The position numbers and the translations under genes were made by a program. DNA of 64,000 nucleotides from Monocercomonoides exilis PA203 (lineage: Eukaryota; Protista; Preaxostyla). The notes under the pieces were generated by a model. It made no database searches and had not been told where the DNA came from. It saw nothing but the letters and a program-made list of their open reading frames with translations. Below, one piece after another: positions 24,101 through 35,562 of the stretch; positions within the stretch are counted from its first letter, which is position 1, and each line of letters starts with the position of its first letter. The stretch spans positions 1,302,001 through 1,366,000 of the forward strand of contig LSRY02000016.1 of the NCBI GenBank assembly GCA_001643675.2, in the 5' to 3' direction.

Positions 24101-26265
24101 AGATGGATGAGAACATTCTCTTTCTCCAGACGCAGCTGCGGCAGGCGACGGAGGCAGTGGAGCCGCTGCAGCGTGAGAAGAACCTGTTGGAGAGCCAAAA
24201 TGCGGAGACGAAAGCGGCTGTTGACCAGCTGCGTGCCGAATCGAGGCGACGAGATGCGAAAATGAATGAGCTGGAAGAGGGGATCACAGACAAAGAAGCG
24301 GTGATTTTGCGGCTGAAGAAACAGAACCAAGAACTGGACAAGTTCAAGTTTGTGTTTGACTACAAAATCAAGCAGCTGGAGAAGACAATTGAACCAAAGA
24401 ACGAGCAGATCGCGTCTCTGGAGGAGCAAATTCAAGAAATGGATACCGAACTGGAAAAGGAACACCGAAAAGCGACGACTATGCAAATTGAGCAGCGGGA
24501 GAAAGAGCTGCGGATGAGTGCGCTTTCGCAGGAGAACGCGGGGCTGAAGCGGAGTGTGCACGACCAGCAGCGGCTGAGCGACCGCTTCTGCCACGACTTG
24601 TCAGCATTGGTGGCGCAGGAGCCTGGAACATGGGCTGCGGAGCTGAGGAAGATCTACGAAGAGTTTGTGGGGCCAAACTACGTGAAGACGATATCGCCGG
24701 CGGGGGATAGTTTGAAAGCAGAGGAATTTGCAAGACAGAAGGAGTATCTGGATATTTCGCTGATGTCGCTGAAGACGGGGCTGGCGAAGGCGAAAGAGAG
24801 GGGCAAAAGGGAGATGCGACTGAAACTGGATGAGAACATTCTGCTTATTGATGAAGTGAACCAGCTGCGCAGGGAGAAAAGAGAGTTGCTGTCGAAGATC
24901 AAAAACCTGAAGCAGGAGATTGTGAGTGTGCAGACAGCCATCACGCGGAAGCGGCTGCAGCACATTGCAGAGGAGAAGACGATGAAGCTGCAGCAGCACT
25001 TAGAGGCGGAAGGTGTATTGGCGAGGGAAGCGCACATTGCAGGCGATGGAACGCGTCCGAAGGGAGAAAATGCGAAGGGGAAACTTCACATGGGCTCGAC
25101 AAAGGGAGTGGTGGAGACGATGGAGGCGAAGACGCGGGTGGCGCAGCTGCTTGCGCTGTTGGAGGAGAACACACAAGAAATGAAGCGACAGGAAGAAGAA
25201 CTCAATATGCTTAGAGAGTTTGTGTCTGAGCTGGCTGGGAAAGACGCATCGGGCGAAGGAGCGTCAGAACAAAGTGAGGTGGAGTTATCGGCGATTGCGG
25301 CGGAAGCGCGCTCTTTGCTCAGCACACGCACACAGCCATCACCTGCATTTCCTTTCACATCAACTAACAGATCACTTCAATCTGCAATGCCTTCATCGTC
25401 ATCATCTTCTTCTTCTTTTACACCTTCTCGTTTTTCTTCAACCACTTCTTCTTCTCTCCTCTCTCCACAGCCTTCACAGCGGCACCCCACTTCGCTCTAT
25501 CCGCGTGCCCAGACGTCGATGGGGCTGAGAAGGCCGCTCCAGACACGTGTTGGTTTCACTCCACCTCCCACCGCTTTTGCCCCGCGCCGTGTCACTTCAC
25601 AGCCTCGCCCTCATTCGTCAATGGGGCTGTCTTCATCTTCATCTTCTTCGTCGTCGTCGTCTTCTTCTTCTTCTGCTTTAACTGCAAACACCTCATCATC
25701 CACCTCATTCACTCCTCTTATCACTTCACATTCTCCTTCGCTTTCTCCTTCTCCTTCTTCCGCTCGCTCATTTCGCTCCTTCTCAACAAGATCTCCTTCT
25801 CCTCGCCTGCGTCCCTCCACTCCGCCGAGAAAGCTGCAGCAGTCGCCTCGTTTTGGCTCAACCTCACTTCGCCCTCAGATTCAATTGGACGTTCCTTCAT
25901 CAGCAGACACACTTCAGACAGAAGATCCTATGACACCTCATTCACCTCACACACCTCATACACCTAATGCACATAATACCCCAAATACAACGAATACCCA
26001 GAATATCCCGAATATCACGAATTCCTCAAAGATGCCTTCAACTCCTGTGTCTTCTTCTCGAAATGCGTCTCTTGCTGCTCAGTCTCGCCGCTCTCCAAAC
26101 ACAGCACTTCTTGGCTCGCAGCAAACACCTGTGAATTATAGCCATTCTGCCAGACCATCTTCAGCAGCAAAAAGAGTTTCTCCGAGAATATTTTCTCCGG
26201 TGCAGCCGTTTTTGCGGAAGCAGGCAAATTCTACGCAGGGGGTGGTTGAGACAGATATTGTTTGA
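21164..26265 (+). CDS. CFAP57: Cilia/flagella-associated protein 57 (WDR65), about 1680 aa, 2 exons (21164-21213, 21273-26265)
   Basis: WD40 repeats (FHSGSITGMSV, ATCATDGWVRLWN, SLSLHPTG, AGTDGAVYQW), then a coiled coil with the CFAP57-like segments LKKQNQELDKFKFVFDYKIKQLEKTIEP and ENILLIDEVNQLRRE. Ser/Pro-rich tail. A phase-2 intron supplies an ATG start. Confidence 0.9.
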
Positions 26266-27726
26266 TTGAAGCAAAATGGAAAGTTGTCAAAGATAATGAA
26301 ACAAATTACAAGTAAAAAATTAAAATTTATTGATTATAATTAAAACAGTTGAAGGTTTTATTATTTCTTATTCGAGCACTTTGGTAATATATTAATATTG
26401 GAAATTAAAGAAATTATCAAATTTTAAGATTGTTAAGCAAATTTTTTTTTAAAATATTTTTTTTTATTCTTTTATAAATAAAAAATTCTTTCACTCAAGC
26501 TACAAAAAAGATGAAGATCATATGCCAACTTTTATGTTATCGTGTTTGCATTTTCTAAATTTTGAATTAACAATCAATTTTTTAATCGCATTTGAAATAA
26601 ATTTTTATTTTTTATGGTTTTTGTTGAAAGATGAAACCGTGATTTATCATTGAAAGTAGCAAGAATAGATTGGGTTTACACAAGACATGAATATCCATTT
26701 TAATGACTAACACTTTATTCTGTTTTCATTGGTTTTAAATTCATTTAAGCTGTGAAAAATTTATTTCATTTTATAGTGTCATTTCTGGGTCATAAAGTCT
26801 TGATGAATAGAATCGTTGAATATTTTGCCCTCAAAATTCATCATTCGCACGTTAGCTTGAACATTTACAGTTAATCGTGAAATTATTACAAAGAGCGATG
26901 GAAAAATGGAAAATGATGATTAAATCGCAAATGCATCCACAAGTGGGATGCAGATTGGTGTGACATACCTTCCTGCAATTTTTGAACAATGTTCGTCATT
27001 TTGCTTTGAAATGCAAATGGCTATATCTTTCTGTGATTTTTATTCAATATTTGATAATGAAAATTGCATTAATCTCTCCGGGAAGGCATATAAGTGCATC
27101 AAAAATGCTTGTTCATTTCATGAAGCATCTTATTAAATTTCATAAGAGCGCAGCATTTGGCATTATCACAGAAAATTTGTTTGGATGAATTACAAACTTC
27201 AAATATTTGCAAGAAATACCTCTTGCAATTTATGTTTTCCTCAAATTGAAAGAGAAGAAATCTTGTTATTTCTCTATTTTGGCTCCCGTTGTAAAAGAAT
27301 GGAAGTATTTTTGAATCTAGAGTGGAACAATGGAAACCAAAAAGAAAGGAATGCATGTGGGGAGATGAAAGGCATCAAAACAAATTTGCAGGTGTAAATA
27401 TGTACAAAGGAGTGTGCTTGTTAGCAAATACAATAAAATGGATAGAGAAATCATTGTTTTCTGCAAGAGTTTGATCTTGAAATTGCTGAAGATTGATGTT
27501 AAATTATTATTTTGAAATATTTTCAGATGAGCTCTTCACATTCAAGTCAGAAATTGAAGAATGGTTGAAAAGAGTGTGTTGAAAATTTTAACTGAATAAC
27601 AGCCAACTACATTTCTTACCATTTGAAACTAAAAAGTCTTTCTCACAGATCAATGTTCCCCATTAAGATTCGTAATTATGATCATGCCCTTAATCAAAAA
27701 AAACGGTGAGAATGTTCAGAGAAAAA

Positions 27727-30700
27727 ATGAAATTTCTCTTTATCGTGATTTCAATGTGTTTGCTTTTGTGCAGCAACGGAATATGCAGAGAAGTCTGTGC
27801 GAAGAGTTATGATTTCTCCGAAGACAAAGCATTCGAAGTGTCTGAATTGTCAAAAAATACAAATGATTTCAACAGGAAATCAATGGTCAGTGATTGTTTA
27901 TTTGAAACATTTGAGCAACAACAAAAATGTGTGATAAGCAAAGCAGAATTGTTTGGAGCTTTGACGACTGATTGTTCTTCACTTTTGAGACTTGAAAATT
28001 CAACACTGAACTTATTGAATATCAATTGCAATTGGGATGAGAAATCAAGACTTTCAGAAATTGACAGCAGTTCGTCATTGTTTCTTGCTGATTGTGATAT
28101 TCATCGAGAGGATTTGACAACAAGAAGTTTTATCGAATCATCTGGCACTCTAATTTTATCAAACGTGTCAATTGAATCAGGCATCCATGAAATGAAACAG
28201 ATTTATCCGTTGGCTGAGATGACTGGAAATTCTTTTCTGTCTGTTCATCACTGTATTTTCACATCTATTACTGTGGAATCTACTTCCATGCTGTTTTCTG
28301 GAGTCACTTCGTCGGTAGATATTTCTCAAAGTGTCTTCAAGAACATCACTAAAGCACCGCAAGATGCAAACAAAGAAACAGCACTTCAAAGAGATGGAAA
28401 AGTTGGAAATGTTAAAATTGAAGGATGCATGTTTAATTTCTGTGATAATCCTTATTATGGAGCAGTTGTCTTTCCTTCTTCTGATTCGTTTGCGATGACC
28501 AACTCTTCGTTTAATTCCTGTATGAATTATCGAAATATCGAAATGAACAGATCGTTTTATGAGAAGCAAACATTTTCCTCTGGGAATGTGTCTTTTACTG
28601 ATTGCTTCTTTAAATGTTCATCAAATGAAAATGGAGGTGCGTTAAATGTTGATGGAGAATCGACAACGTGCAGTATTTTGCGATGCCATTTTAATGAATG
28701 TTCGGTGAATAATACAAATAATTTAGCAACTGGTGGATGCATTTCTATTCATGATGTATTAGCAGTGAGTTGTGTGGATTCAAATTTCACTCATTCAAAT
28801 GCTTCATATTGTTGTGGTGGATGCTTTTTTCATAGTGCAAAAAAGATTCAATTAAGATGCTGCATTGTTGCGCATTGCTCTTCAATGTATTACGCAGGAA
28901 TGCAGTTTATTTACACAATTGAAACAGAAGTTTCTTCGTGTTTGATTCATCATTGCAATGGAACAATATTGAATGGAGGAATAGAAGTATTTTCTGCAGA
29001 AGGTTTTATAGTTATTCTTGAGTGTTATTTACACAGTTGTTTTGCGAGTGATGGAGGCGCAATCAATTTTCACCGTGAGGATCGTTTCATACCCTTTGGA
29101 TCTTCAATATCATATTGCCTCTTTTCGAATAATACGGTGACAGAAATAAAATCTGGAAGAGACATCACACTCTTTGATTATTGGATCGGAAAAATCAGAG
29201 ATGAAGATGTTGTTCAGTGCTACTCGACAAGCAATAAACCTCGTGCAACTGATGGAGAAACGAATAAAGACAATTGGCTTCATGATCCTCCAACTTCAAG
29301 TGAATCTTTTTTAGAGTTTTTTGTCAGTTCTCTTAGAGGAAAAGATTTGGATGGATGGGGAGATAGAACTCGACCATTCAAAACTGTTTCATTTTGTTTG
29401 AGCAAGAGATTGGGTCAAAAGATAACTGTTTGCAGAGGGGAATATGAAGAAGGCAGCATCAATGTTGGATCGTTTGAAATGAACCTAATTGGAGATGGGA
29501 TCGACAATTCATTCTTAACTTCGCATAATGTTCATGAAAATCTTGCCTTATTTATTGTTGAAGGAGGAGCACTTGAAGTCATTCGATTTTCACTCGTCCA
29601 CTCAGCGGAAACATCATCTGATGCAAGCCTTCTGGCAATACTTGATGAAGGAAGTGCTAAATTCTCACATTGTGAAATAAAAGGAAATTCAGAGGTTCCA
29701 TCAACGATGTTTTCAGTTCCATTCATGGATCTGAGAAGTGGGATAACAAAAATTGACAACTGTAAATTCCAAAATATTTATCTTCTGGGCAATTCGCTGA
29801 TTCTGACTGCTTGTGTTGGAAATTTGGAAATCAACGGAACATCGTTTTCAGAAATAAAACGAAATGCAGGGAATGGGTCTGTTTTCGAAATAGTGGTTGA
29901 GGATGGTGAGAATATGCAATTGAGTGATCTTGCAATTGAGAAGTGCTCATGCAACCATGGGAATGGAGGAGCAATAAAGGCAGATATGAAGAGTGGAAGT
30001 CGACTGGAGGTTTGTGGCACGAATTTAAGCAATGATGGATTTACAATTTGTTCATGCTCTGCAGAAAATGGGGAAAGTGAGTGGGGAGCTGGAGGAGGAA
30101 TAATGCTGGACTGCCTCCAGGGAGGAAGTGATTTTGTTCTATCATCGATTAGTTTTTCTGAAAATTCTGCAATATTCGGCAAGAACGTATTTGTTGTTGG
30201 ATCAAAATTGGAAGAAGTGTGTTCAGCGTCCAAATTTGCATTTCCGAAGAATGAAACTTCGTTGGATGAGCTGATGGGGTTTGAAAGCAGCGAGATTGGA
30301 GCTGCAGTTCCTCTAATTCTGCTGTGGGAACCGCTGCCCTCTGTTGTGATTGTAAGTGGAAGAGATGGAGTCGATCATATTCGATGCGGATTTGCTATTT
30401 CTCCGTGTAGTACCATTGAATATTCGGAAAAGACCAATTTCAGTTCATTTGATAGAAAAATCAAGATTGCTCCTCCTTTTGAGTTTGATCGTTCATCTGT
30501 TTTAGAAACCAGAGATTGCGAGATTTATGTTGAAGCAAAGGGAACAGTGATTGAGATTGTTGGCGATTCATCGTTACCTGAGAATGGATTTATTGAAACG
30601 AGAATAAACGCAGATTTCTCCAACATCACATTCCAGCTTCCTTCAACACTACCAGATGACAAGCCTTTTCTGTGCTGCTCGAAGAGCGTTTTAAAACTTC

Positions 30701-33700
30701 TCGACTGTGGACTTGGAAAGATCTCATCAGAAGTTGTGTTTCAGTCGACATTTTGCAGTGTTGTCGGAGGACAACTCAACATAACGAACTTTTTGATGAC
30801 GGAATTATCATTTGACTCTTCTTTTGTGCTTTCAATTGGAGAGAGTTCTGATGCAATATTGGATGGAATTAACATGACAAAAGCGAGTGGCACTGACAAG
30901 AGTTTGATTGTCGGAGAGCAGAAAGGGGCAATGGCTGTTCAAAACTGCACTTTTGAATCGTTCGAAGGAAGAGATTGTGCAATAATTATGTGGAAAGGTG
31001 GAAAGGGCTTGAAAGTGAAAAGCACGAATATGTCATCAGTGACAAGGCAAACAGGGAATGGAAGTGGAATCTGTCTGAAATGCAATGATGGGGATGTGTC
31101 AACTGTCAGCTGTGTTGAATGCAAATTTAACCTGTGTGCAGTTGATGAAGAGCAAAGCGGAGGAGGAGGCATATACGGAATTTTTGAAAAAGGATGTGAA
31201 ATAGAAATTGATAAAAGCAGTTTCAAATCATGCAGGGCTCCGGGAATTGTTGAAGGGGAATCAAAAAAGGGCAAAGGAGGAGGATTGCTGCTGGATGTCA
31301 CACATCAAGAAGCAAAATTTGTGATATCTGAGCCAACATTCAAACACAATTCGGCAGAGTTTGGGAAAAACTTATTTTTGCTTGCCAACGATTTGAATAA
31401 GAGTGTCACAAAGGATTCGTTTGTCTTTGATTATAGTAAAATGAAAGACGACAGCACGTTATTTGAGGGAAGCGATGATAATTTTGCAAATGAAGATCTC
31501 TTCCGATTCCTTGTTCAATATACGAGCAATGAGATTCATGTGTCTGCAGGAGGATTAGATGTGTTGAGATGTGGAGCAGAGGATGATCCGTGTCGAACAT
31601 TATGGAGAGGAACGAAACAGATTGATTTGAATGGAGTGAATAAGAAGATTATTATTAGTGAATCCTGTGTTGTTAGCGATCTGTTTGATCTTTCTGACTT
31701 TTCTGTGAGATCGAGCTCAAATGATTTGGATCGAGCAGAAATGGCTGTTTTGATGTTTGAGAATTTGGATGCTGTCAGAGACAATCCAACAATTACATGT
31801 GAAAAAGATCTTTTATTGAGTGAAATTGTTATTCAAGCCAAAGAAAACTACCAGAGTTTGAATAATGTTTTGCTGTTATGTCAAAATGGGCTTTTAAGAC
31901 TGACACACTGCAAATTTGACTCTTTGGCAACTCCAAACGCTCCTCTAAGTGCATCATTTGTGCGAATAGATTGCGGAAGACTTGACATAAATGAATTGAA
32001 CGTTGAATCAATAAACATTGGAAGGAGCATGATTGTTGTTAATGATTTCAAAGAAATTTCAATAACAGACATTGAGGTCAGATCATGCAATATCAGTGGC
32101 GGGAGTATCTTTGAAACTTCACACTCAAATGAAAGGAGTGGAAACAGAGACAGAGCACGAATAACTGTAACAGATTCTGTGTTTGAGGAGCTGAATGGAT
32201 TAAAAGATGAAAGCCGAGCAATGAGCTTCAAAGATACAACAAATATTGATGTTTTGCTTAACGAGAGTGTATTTTCAGGTTGTCAGTCAACAAAAAATCA
32301 GAAAGGAGGAACGATAATGATCGAGTTGGAAGCTAACGGATGCCTGCAGTTTAAGCAATGCACGATTGAAAAGAGCGGTTGCTCCACCGCAAATGGAATG
32401 GGTGGAGGATTATTCCTGAGAACTGATTTGAAATCTGATTTGGACTTTTTGATAGAGCCAACGAAATTTGATGCTAATACGGCTTTTGTTGGCCGAGATG
32501 TCTTTGTGGAGTGTGAAAGTTTAGAGACTCAAATAAACGAGAAACATTTCAGAATCCACTTCAATGAGAGTTTTATTCGGCAAAACGCGTTGTTTGGGAT
32601 TGACAGAAGCGATTTTTCGTTGGAGCCAGTCGATTTGTTGGACTTTATTTTGATATATCAATCAGACACAATCATTGTGTCCTCGGATGTGGGAAACAAA
32701 GGCGAAGATTCAAGAAATTGTGGAACAAGAGCTTTGCCATGTATTTCAATTGGATATGGACTGTATCATTTAACGGATGTTTTTGAAAGCAGACTTATTA
32801 TCGATAAATCAAGTTCAATTGAACAAGAAGTGGAGCTGAAAGGAGTTGTTGTCACTTCTCGAAATCGAAATGTTGCTCAGATACGTGTTTGTTTGTCTCA
32901 AAGAATCAATGGGAATGCAGTTGTCGTGTGTTCTGGTGCAAGTGAAATGCATCTTCTTTCATTTTTGTTTTCATCACCAATATCCTCTCCACATATCTCA
33001 TTTATAAGTGCAACTGAAGATATGTTGATTATTGAGGATTGCCTGTTTGGTTGCGAAAATGAGTTGAGTGATGTCTCGATTCCATTCAGTTTAATTAACA
33101 TCAGCAATGTTGAGTTAATAATGAATAATATTTCGATATCTGATGTGGTATTTGATTGTAATAGTTTGATTTCCATTGAAAAATGTGAAAGAGATGTTAG
33201 CATTGAAAAACTGTTGATAAATAATGTGACAGCAGACAACAATCTGTTATTAATAAGAGGCGACGAATTTCCTTTAAGTGATGAAGCACGCACAATTTTA
33301 ATTTCTGGCTCAAGATTCATGAACACCAATTGTCACTCAAATGTTGGATCCACAATTTTCATACAATCAGAAGCAGCCCCCTTCCAGTTGTGTAATAGCG
33401 TGTTCGATAACTGTAAATCTTCGAGTGAAAAAGGAAGCACGATGAGTGTAAATTCTTGTTTGGATGTGAGTATTTCTTCATGTATTTTCAATGGATACAT
33501 CAATTACAATGAAAGCAATGATGCAATTAATGAAGATGTTTGCAAGTGGAACGGTTCATTTGTTGATGTTGTTGACACATCGATGAAAATGACTGGCACT
33601 TCAATTTCTAATTGCAGCAAAGGAGGATTATCAGTCAGCGGAGGATGGGCACTAATAAGCGAAGGATGGTTCGAGAATAACAATCCTTTGATTGACAAAT

Positions 33701-35562
33701 TTCATTCTGTTCGAAGAAATGTTATTTGTTCTGATGGTTGCCATTTGAATATCAATAATTCGAAAGGTGGTGATGGTGTGAAAAGCAGCCCATCAATGTG
33801 GGTTCTAAATAAAGGGTGCGAATTGGAAGGCTTGCTATCCGAGATTTCATCACCGTTATTTATTCCAGTGTTGAATACAATACAAACACAAGAAGCTGAA
33901 AATTTCATAAAATTAAAATTTTATGGATCGCTTTTTCTTCCATGTAATCTTTCGTTTCAAATTGTTGCAGTGATCAATGGTGTCAATTCCATTGAAACTT
34001 ATGAATTTGAGGAAGATGATTTCACATCTGAAAATGAAATTCATAAAACGATTTCATCGAATCTACTGTCAAGCATTAACAATGAGGCAGAAGTATTTGC
34101 ACATATTTTGTTTGGCGATGCAAATAATCCATCTTCAACTGATTCTTTCATTCTGAAGAACGGAAGTGTGCCTGAACATAAGGGGGACGAAAGATTAGTC
34201 GAAGGTGGAAACGAAGGAAAACTCTCCTGGGCAGTGATCATTGCAATTATTTTTGTTGTTTTGTTTTTGATTGTTTTGATTGTATCCATTGTTGTGACAA
34301 TTCGATGGAGAAGGGCAAAGAATGAAGCAGAAGATCTGAGAGAGATTGTGAATGATAATATCAGAAAGGACCCGAAGGCGTTTGAGATGGTGACGATGGA
34401 GATGTCGCCTGAGGAGCAGTGGAGGAGAGCAGAAAGAGAGGCCGAGAAAAAGAATGAGGAAAGGATAAAGAAGAGGGTGTTTGAGAAAAACTTGGGTCAT
34501 TCAGAGTCATCAGAGCATTTGCTGAGTGAGAGTGGTTCAACTGAATACATTCTTGGAAAAGACTCAGACAAGATTCCTGAATGGGCACTGGAGAAAGATG
34601 AGGAAGAGGAAATTCGAAAGCGAACACCATCGCCATCGATTTCATCCACTTCAACAACAGACACATCAGACACGGAATCCACCTTTGTTCGAGGGGAGGA
34701 TATGTGCCCCACTACCTCATCGATGTCGAATCTGGTGGATGCGATGGCCTGTTCATCCCCTCATGAGAAGCTGATTGTGGATCTGAGGGATTCGCTGTTC
34801 ATGCTGCTTCATGGAAAGAACAAGACAAAGGAGATGGCGATTGGGAGTTTGAAGGAGAGGGAGCAGACAGCTGCACAGATCCTGTTCTGGGTGGCCAATC
34901 TTGCGCTCCACTCCTTTGACGAAATGGAAAATGAGCTTTCCTCTTTGGTCAATCTCAGTCCTCACATTGTGCTGTTCTCAGAGCACATGGTCATCTGCGT
35001 TGCTCTCCACTCTGACTGCTCGTCAGGCTCTGACACTTCCTCCATCTCTTCAACCTCCACCATTGCCACATCTTCCTCTGATGTTTCTGTGAAGAGCGAG
35101 AGATTCACAAAATCACCACCACCTTCATCTGCCTTTGAGGATGAGGATGACAACAGAAAAGAGTGCATGAGATGGAAGGCGCCTGAGCTGCTGATCAACA
35201 AGAATATGGGAGCAACAAAGGAATCAGTTGCCTTCTCGATTGGGATGATGCTGTGGGAGTGTCTGACGCTGAATATTCCGTTTGGGGAGTATGAGGCAGA
35301 GGTTGCTGGACAGAAGATTGTGAATGGAGAAAGGCCAAATTTGGAGATGGTCAATTCGTCATCTTTGACTGAGATCATCCAATCGTGTGTTTCAGAAGAC
35401 ATCTCAAAACGAATCGAACTCACCGTTCTCAAGAGAGAGTTCATCCAGCGGTTTCCAAAAGATGCTGTGATATTCACTGTTTCTGATGCAGTTGATGTTG
35501 ATGAAGACACAGACATCCCAGACAGCAAGCAAGAGCCAACAGTAAGTTTTGAAACGCATTGA
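27727..35562 (+). CDS. Second large single-pass receptor-like pseudokinase of the same family, about 2611 aa, intronless
   Basis: Signal peptide MKFLFIVISMCLLLCSNG; GGAL/GGAI and FSNN/FSEN/FKHN/FDAN motifs; CG....PC modules; TM segment WAVIIAIIFVVLFLIVLIVSIVVTI; same cytoplasmic cassette as the first copy. Confidence 0.9.
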   Translation: MKFLFIVISMCLLLCSNGICREVCAKSYDFSEDKAFEVSELSKNTNDFNRKSMVSDCLFETFEQQQKCVISKAELFGALTTDCSSLLRLENSTLNLLNINCNWDEKSRLSEIDSSSSLFLADCDIHREDLTTRSFIESSGTLILSNVSIESGIHEMKQIYPLAEMTGNSFLSVHHCIFTSITVESTSMLFSGVTSSVDISQSVFKNITKAPQDANKETALQRDGKVGNVKIEGCMFNFCDNPYYGAVVFPSSDSFAMTNSSFNSCMNYRNIEMNRSFYEKQTFSSGNVSFTDCFFKCSSNENGGALNVDGESTTCSILRCHFNECSVNNTNNLATGGCISIHDVLAVSCVDSNFTHSNASYCCGGCFFHSAKKIQLRCCIVAHCSSMYYAGMQFIYTIETEVSSCLIHHCNGTILNGGIEVFSAEGFIVILECYLHSCFASDGGAINFHREDRFIPFGSSISYCLFSNNTVTEIKSGRDITLFDYWIGKIRDEDVVQCYSTSNKPRATDGETNKDNWLHDPPTSSESFLEFFVSSLRGKDLDGWGDRTRPFKTVSFCLSKRLGQKITVCRGEYEEGSINVGSFEMNLIGDGIDNSFLTSHNVHENLALFIVEGGALEVIRFSLVHSAETSSDASLLAILDEGSAKFSHCEIKGNSEVPSTMFSVPFMDLRSGITKIDNCKFQNIYLLGNSLILTACVGNLEINGTSFSEIKRNAGNGSVFEIVVEDGENMQLSDLAIEKCSCNHGNGGAIKADMKSGSRLEVCGTNLSNDGFTICSCSAENGESEWGAGGGIMLDCLQGGSDFVLSSISFSENSAIFGKNVFVVGSKLEEVCSASKFAFPKNETSLDELMGFESSEIGAAVPLILLWEPLPSVVIVSGRDGVDHIRCGFAISPCSTIEYSEKTNFSSFDRKIKIAPPFEFDRSSVLETRDCEIYVEAKGTVIEIVGDSSLPENGFIETRINADFSNITFQLPSTLPDDKPFLCCSKSVLKLLDCGLGKISSEVVFQSTFCSVVGGQLNITNFLMTELSFDSSFVLSIGESSDAILDGINMTKASGTDKSLIVGEQKGAMAVQNCTFESFEGRDCAIIMWKGGKGLKVKSTNMSSVTRQTGNGSGICLKCNDGDVSTVSCVECKFNLCAVDEEQSGGGGIYGIFEKGCEIEIDKSSFKSCRAPGIVEGESKKGKGGGLLLDVTHQEAKFVISEPTFKHNSAEFGKNLFLLANDLNKSVTKDSFVFDYSKMKDDSTLFEGSDDNFANEDLFRFLVQYTSNEIHVSAGGLDVLRCGAEDDPCRTLWRGTKQIDLNGVNKKIIISESCVVSDLFDLSDFSVRSSSNDLDRAEMAVLMFENLDAVRDNPTITCEKDLLLSEIVIQAKENYQSLNNVLLLCQNGLLRLTHCKFDSLATPNAPLSASFVRIDCGRLDINELNVESINIGRSMIVVNDFKEISITDIEVRSCNISGGSIFETSHSNERSGNRDRARITVTDSVFEELNGLKDESRAMSFKDTTNIDVLLNESVFSGCQSTKNQKGGTIMIELEANGCLQFKQCTIEKSGCSTANGMGGGLFLRTDLKSDLDFLIEPTKFDANTAFVGRDVFVECESLETQINEKHFRIHFNESFIRQNALFGIDRSDFSLEPVDLLDFILIYQSDTIIVSSDVGNKGEDSRNCGTRALPCISIGYGLYHLTDVFESRLIIDKSSSIEQEVELKGVVVTSRNRNVAQIRVCLSQRINGNAVVVCSGASEMHLLSFLFSSPISSPHISFISATEDMLIIEDCLFGCENELSDVSIPFSLINISNVELIMNNISISDVVFDCNSLISIEKCERDVSIEKLLINNVTADNNLLLIRGDEFPLSDEARTILISGSRFMNTNCHSNVGSTIFIQSEAAPFQLCNSVFDNCKSSSEKGSTMSVNSCLDVSISSCIFNGYINYNESNDAINEDVCKWNGSFVDVVDTSMKMTGTSISNCSKGGLSVSGGWALISEGWFENNNPLIDKFHSVRRNVICSDGCHLNINNSKGGDGVKSSPSMWVLNKGCELEGLLSEISSPLFIPVLNTIQTQEAENFIKLKFYGSLFLPCNLSFQIVAVINGVNSIETYEFEEDDFTSENEIHKTISSNLLSSINNEAEVFAHILFGDANNPSSTDSFILKNGSVPEHKGDERLVEGGNEGKLSWAVIIAIIFVVLFLIVLIVSIVVTIRWRRAKNEAEDLREIVNDNIRKDPKAFEMVTMEMSPEEQWRRAEREAEKKNEERIKKRVFEKNLGHSESSEHLLSESGSTEYILGKDSDKIPEWALEKDEEEEIRKRTPSPSISSTSTTDTSDTESTFVRGEDMCPTTSSMSNLVDAMACSSPHEKLIVDLRDSLFMLLHGKNKTKEMAIGSLKEREQTAAQILFWVANLALHSFDEMENELSSLVNLSPHIVLFSEHMVICVALHSDCSSGSDTSSISSTSTIATSSSDVSVKSERFTKSPPPSSAFEDEDDNRKECMRWKAPELLINKNMGATKESVAFSIGMMLWECLTLNIPFGEYEAEVAGQKIVNGERPNLEMVNSSSLTEIIQSCVSEDISKRIELTVLKREFIQRFPKDAVIFTVSDAVDVDEDTDIPDSKQEPTVSFETH
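34321..35331 (+). repeat. Second copy of the 1011-bp cytoplasmic cassette
   Basis: Near-identical to 5632..6642. Confidence 0.95.

Noticed and set aside
26940-27650. Possible decayed coding remnant upstream of receptor copy 2
   Set aside because: Slightly coding-like short fragments, but no recognisable homology or consistent frame.
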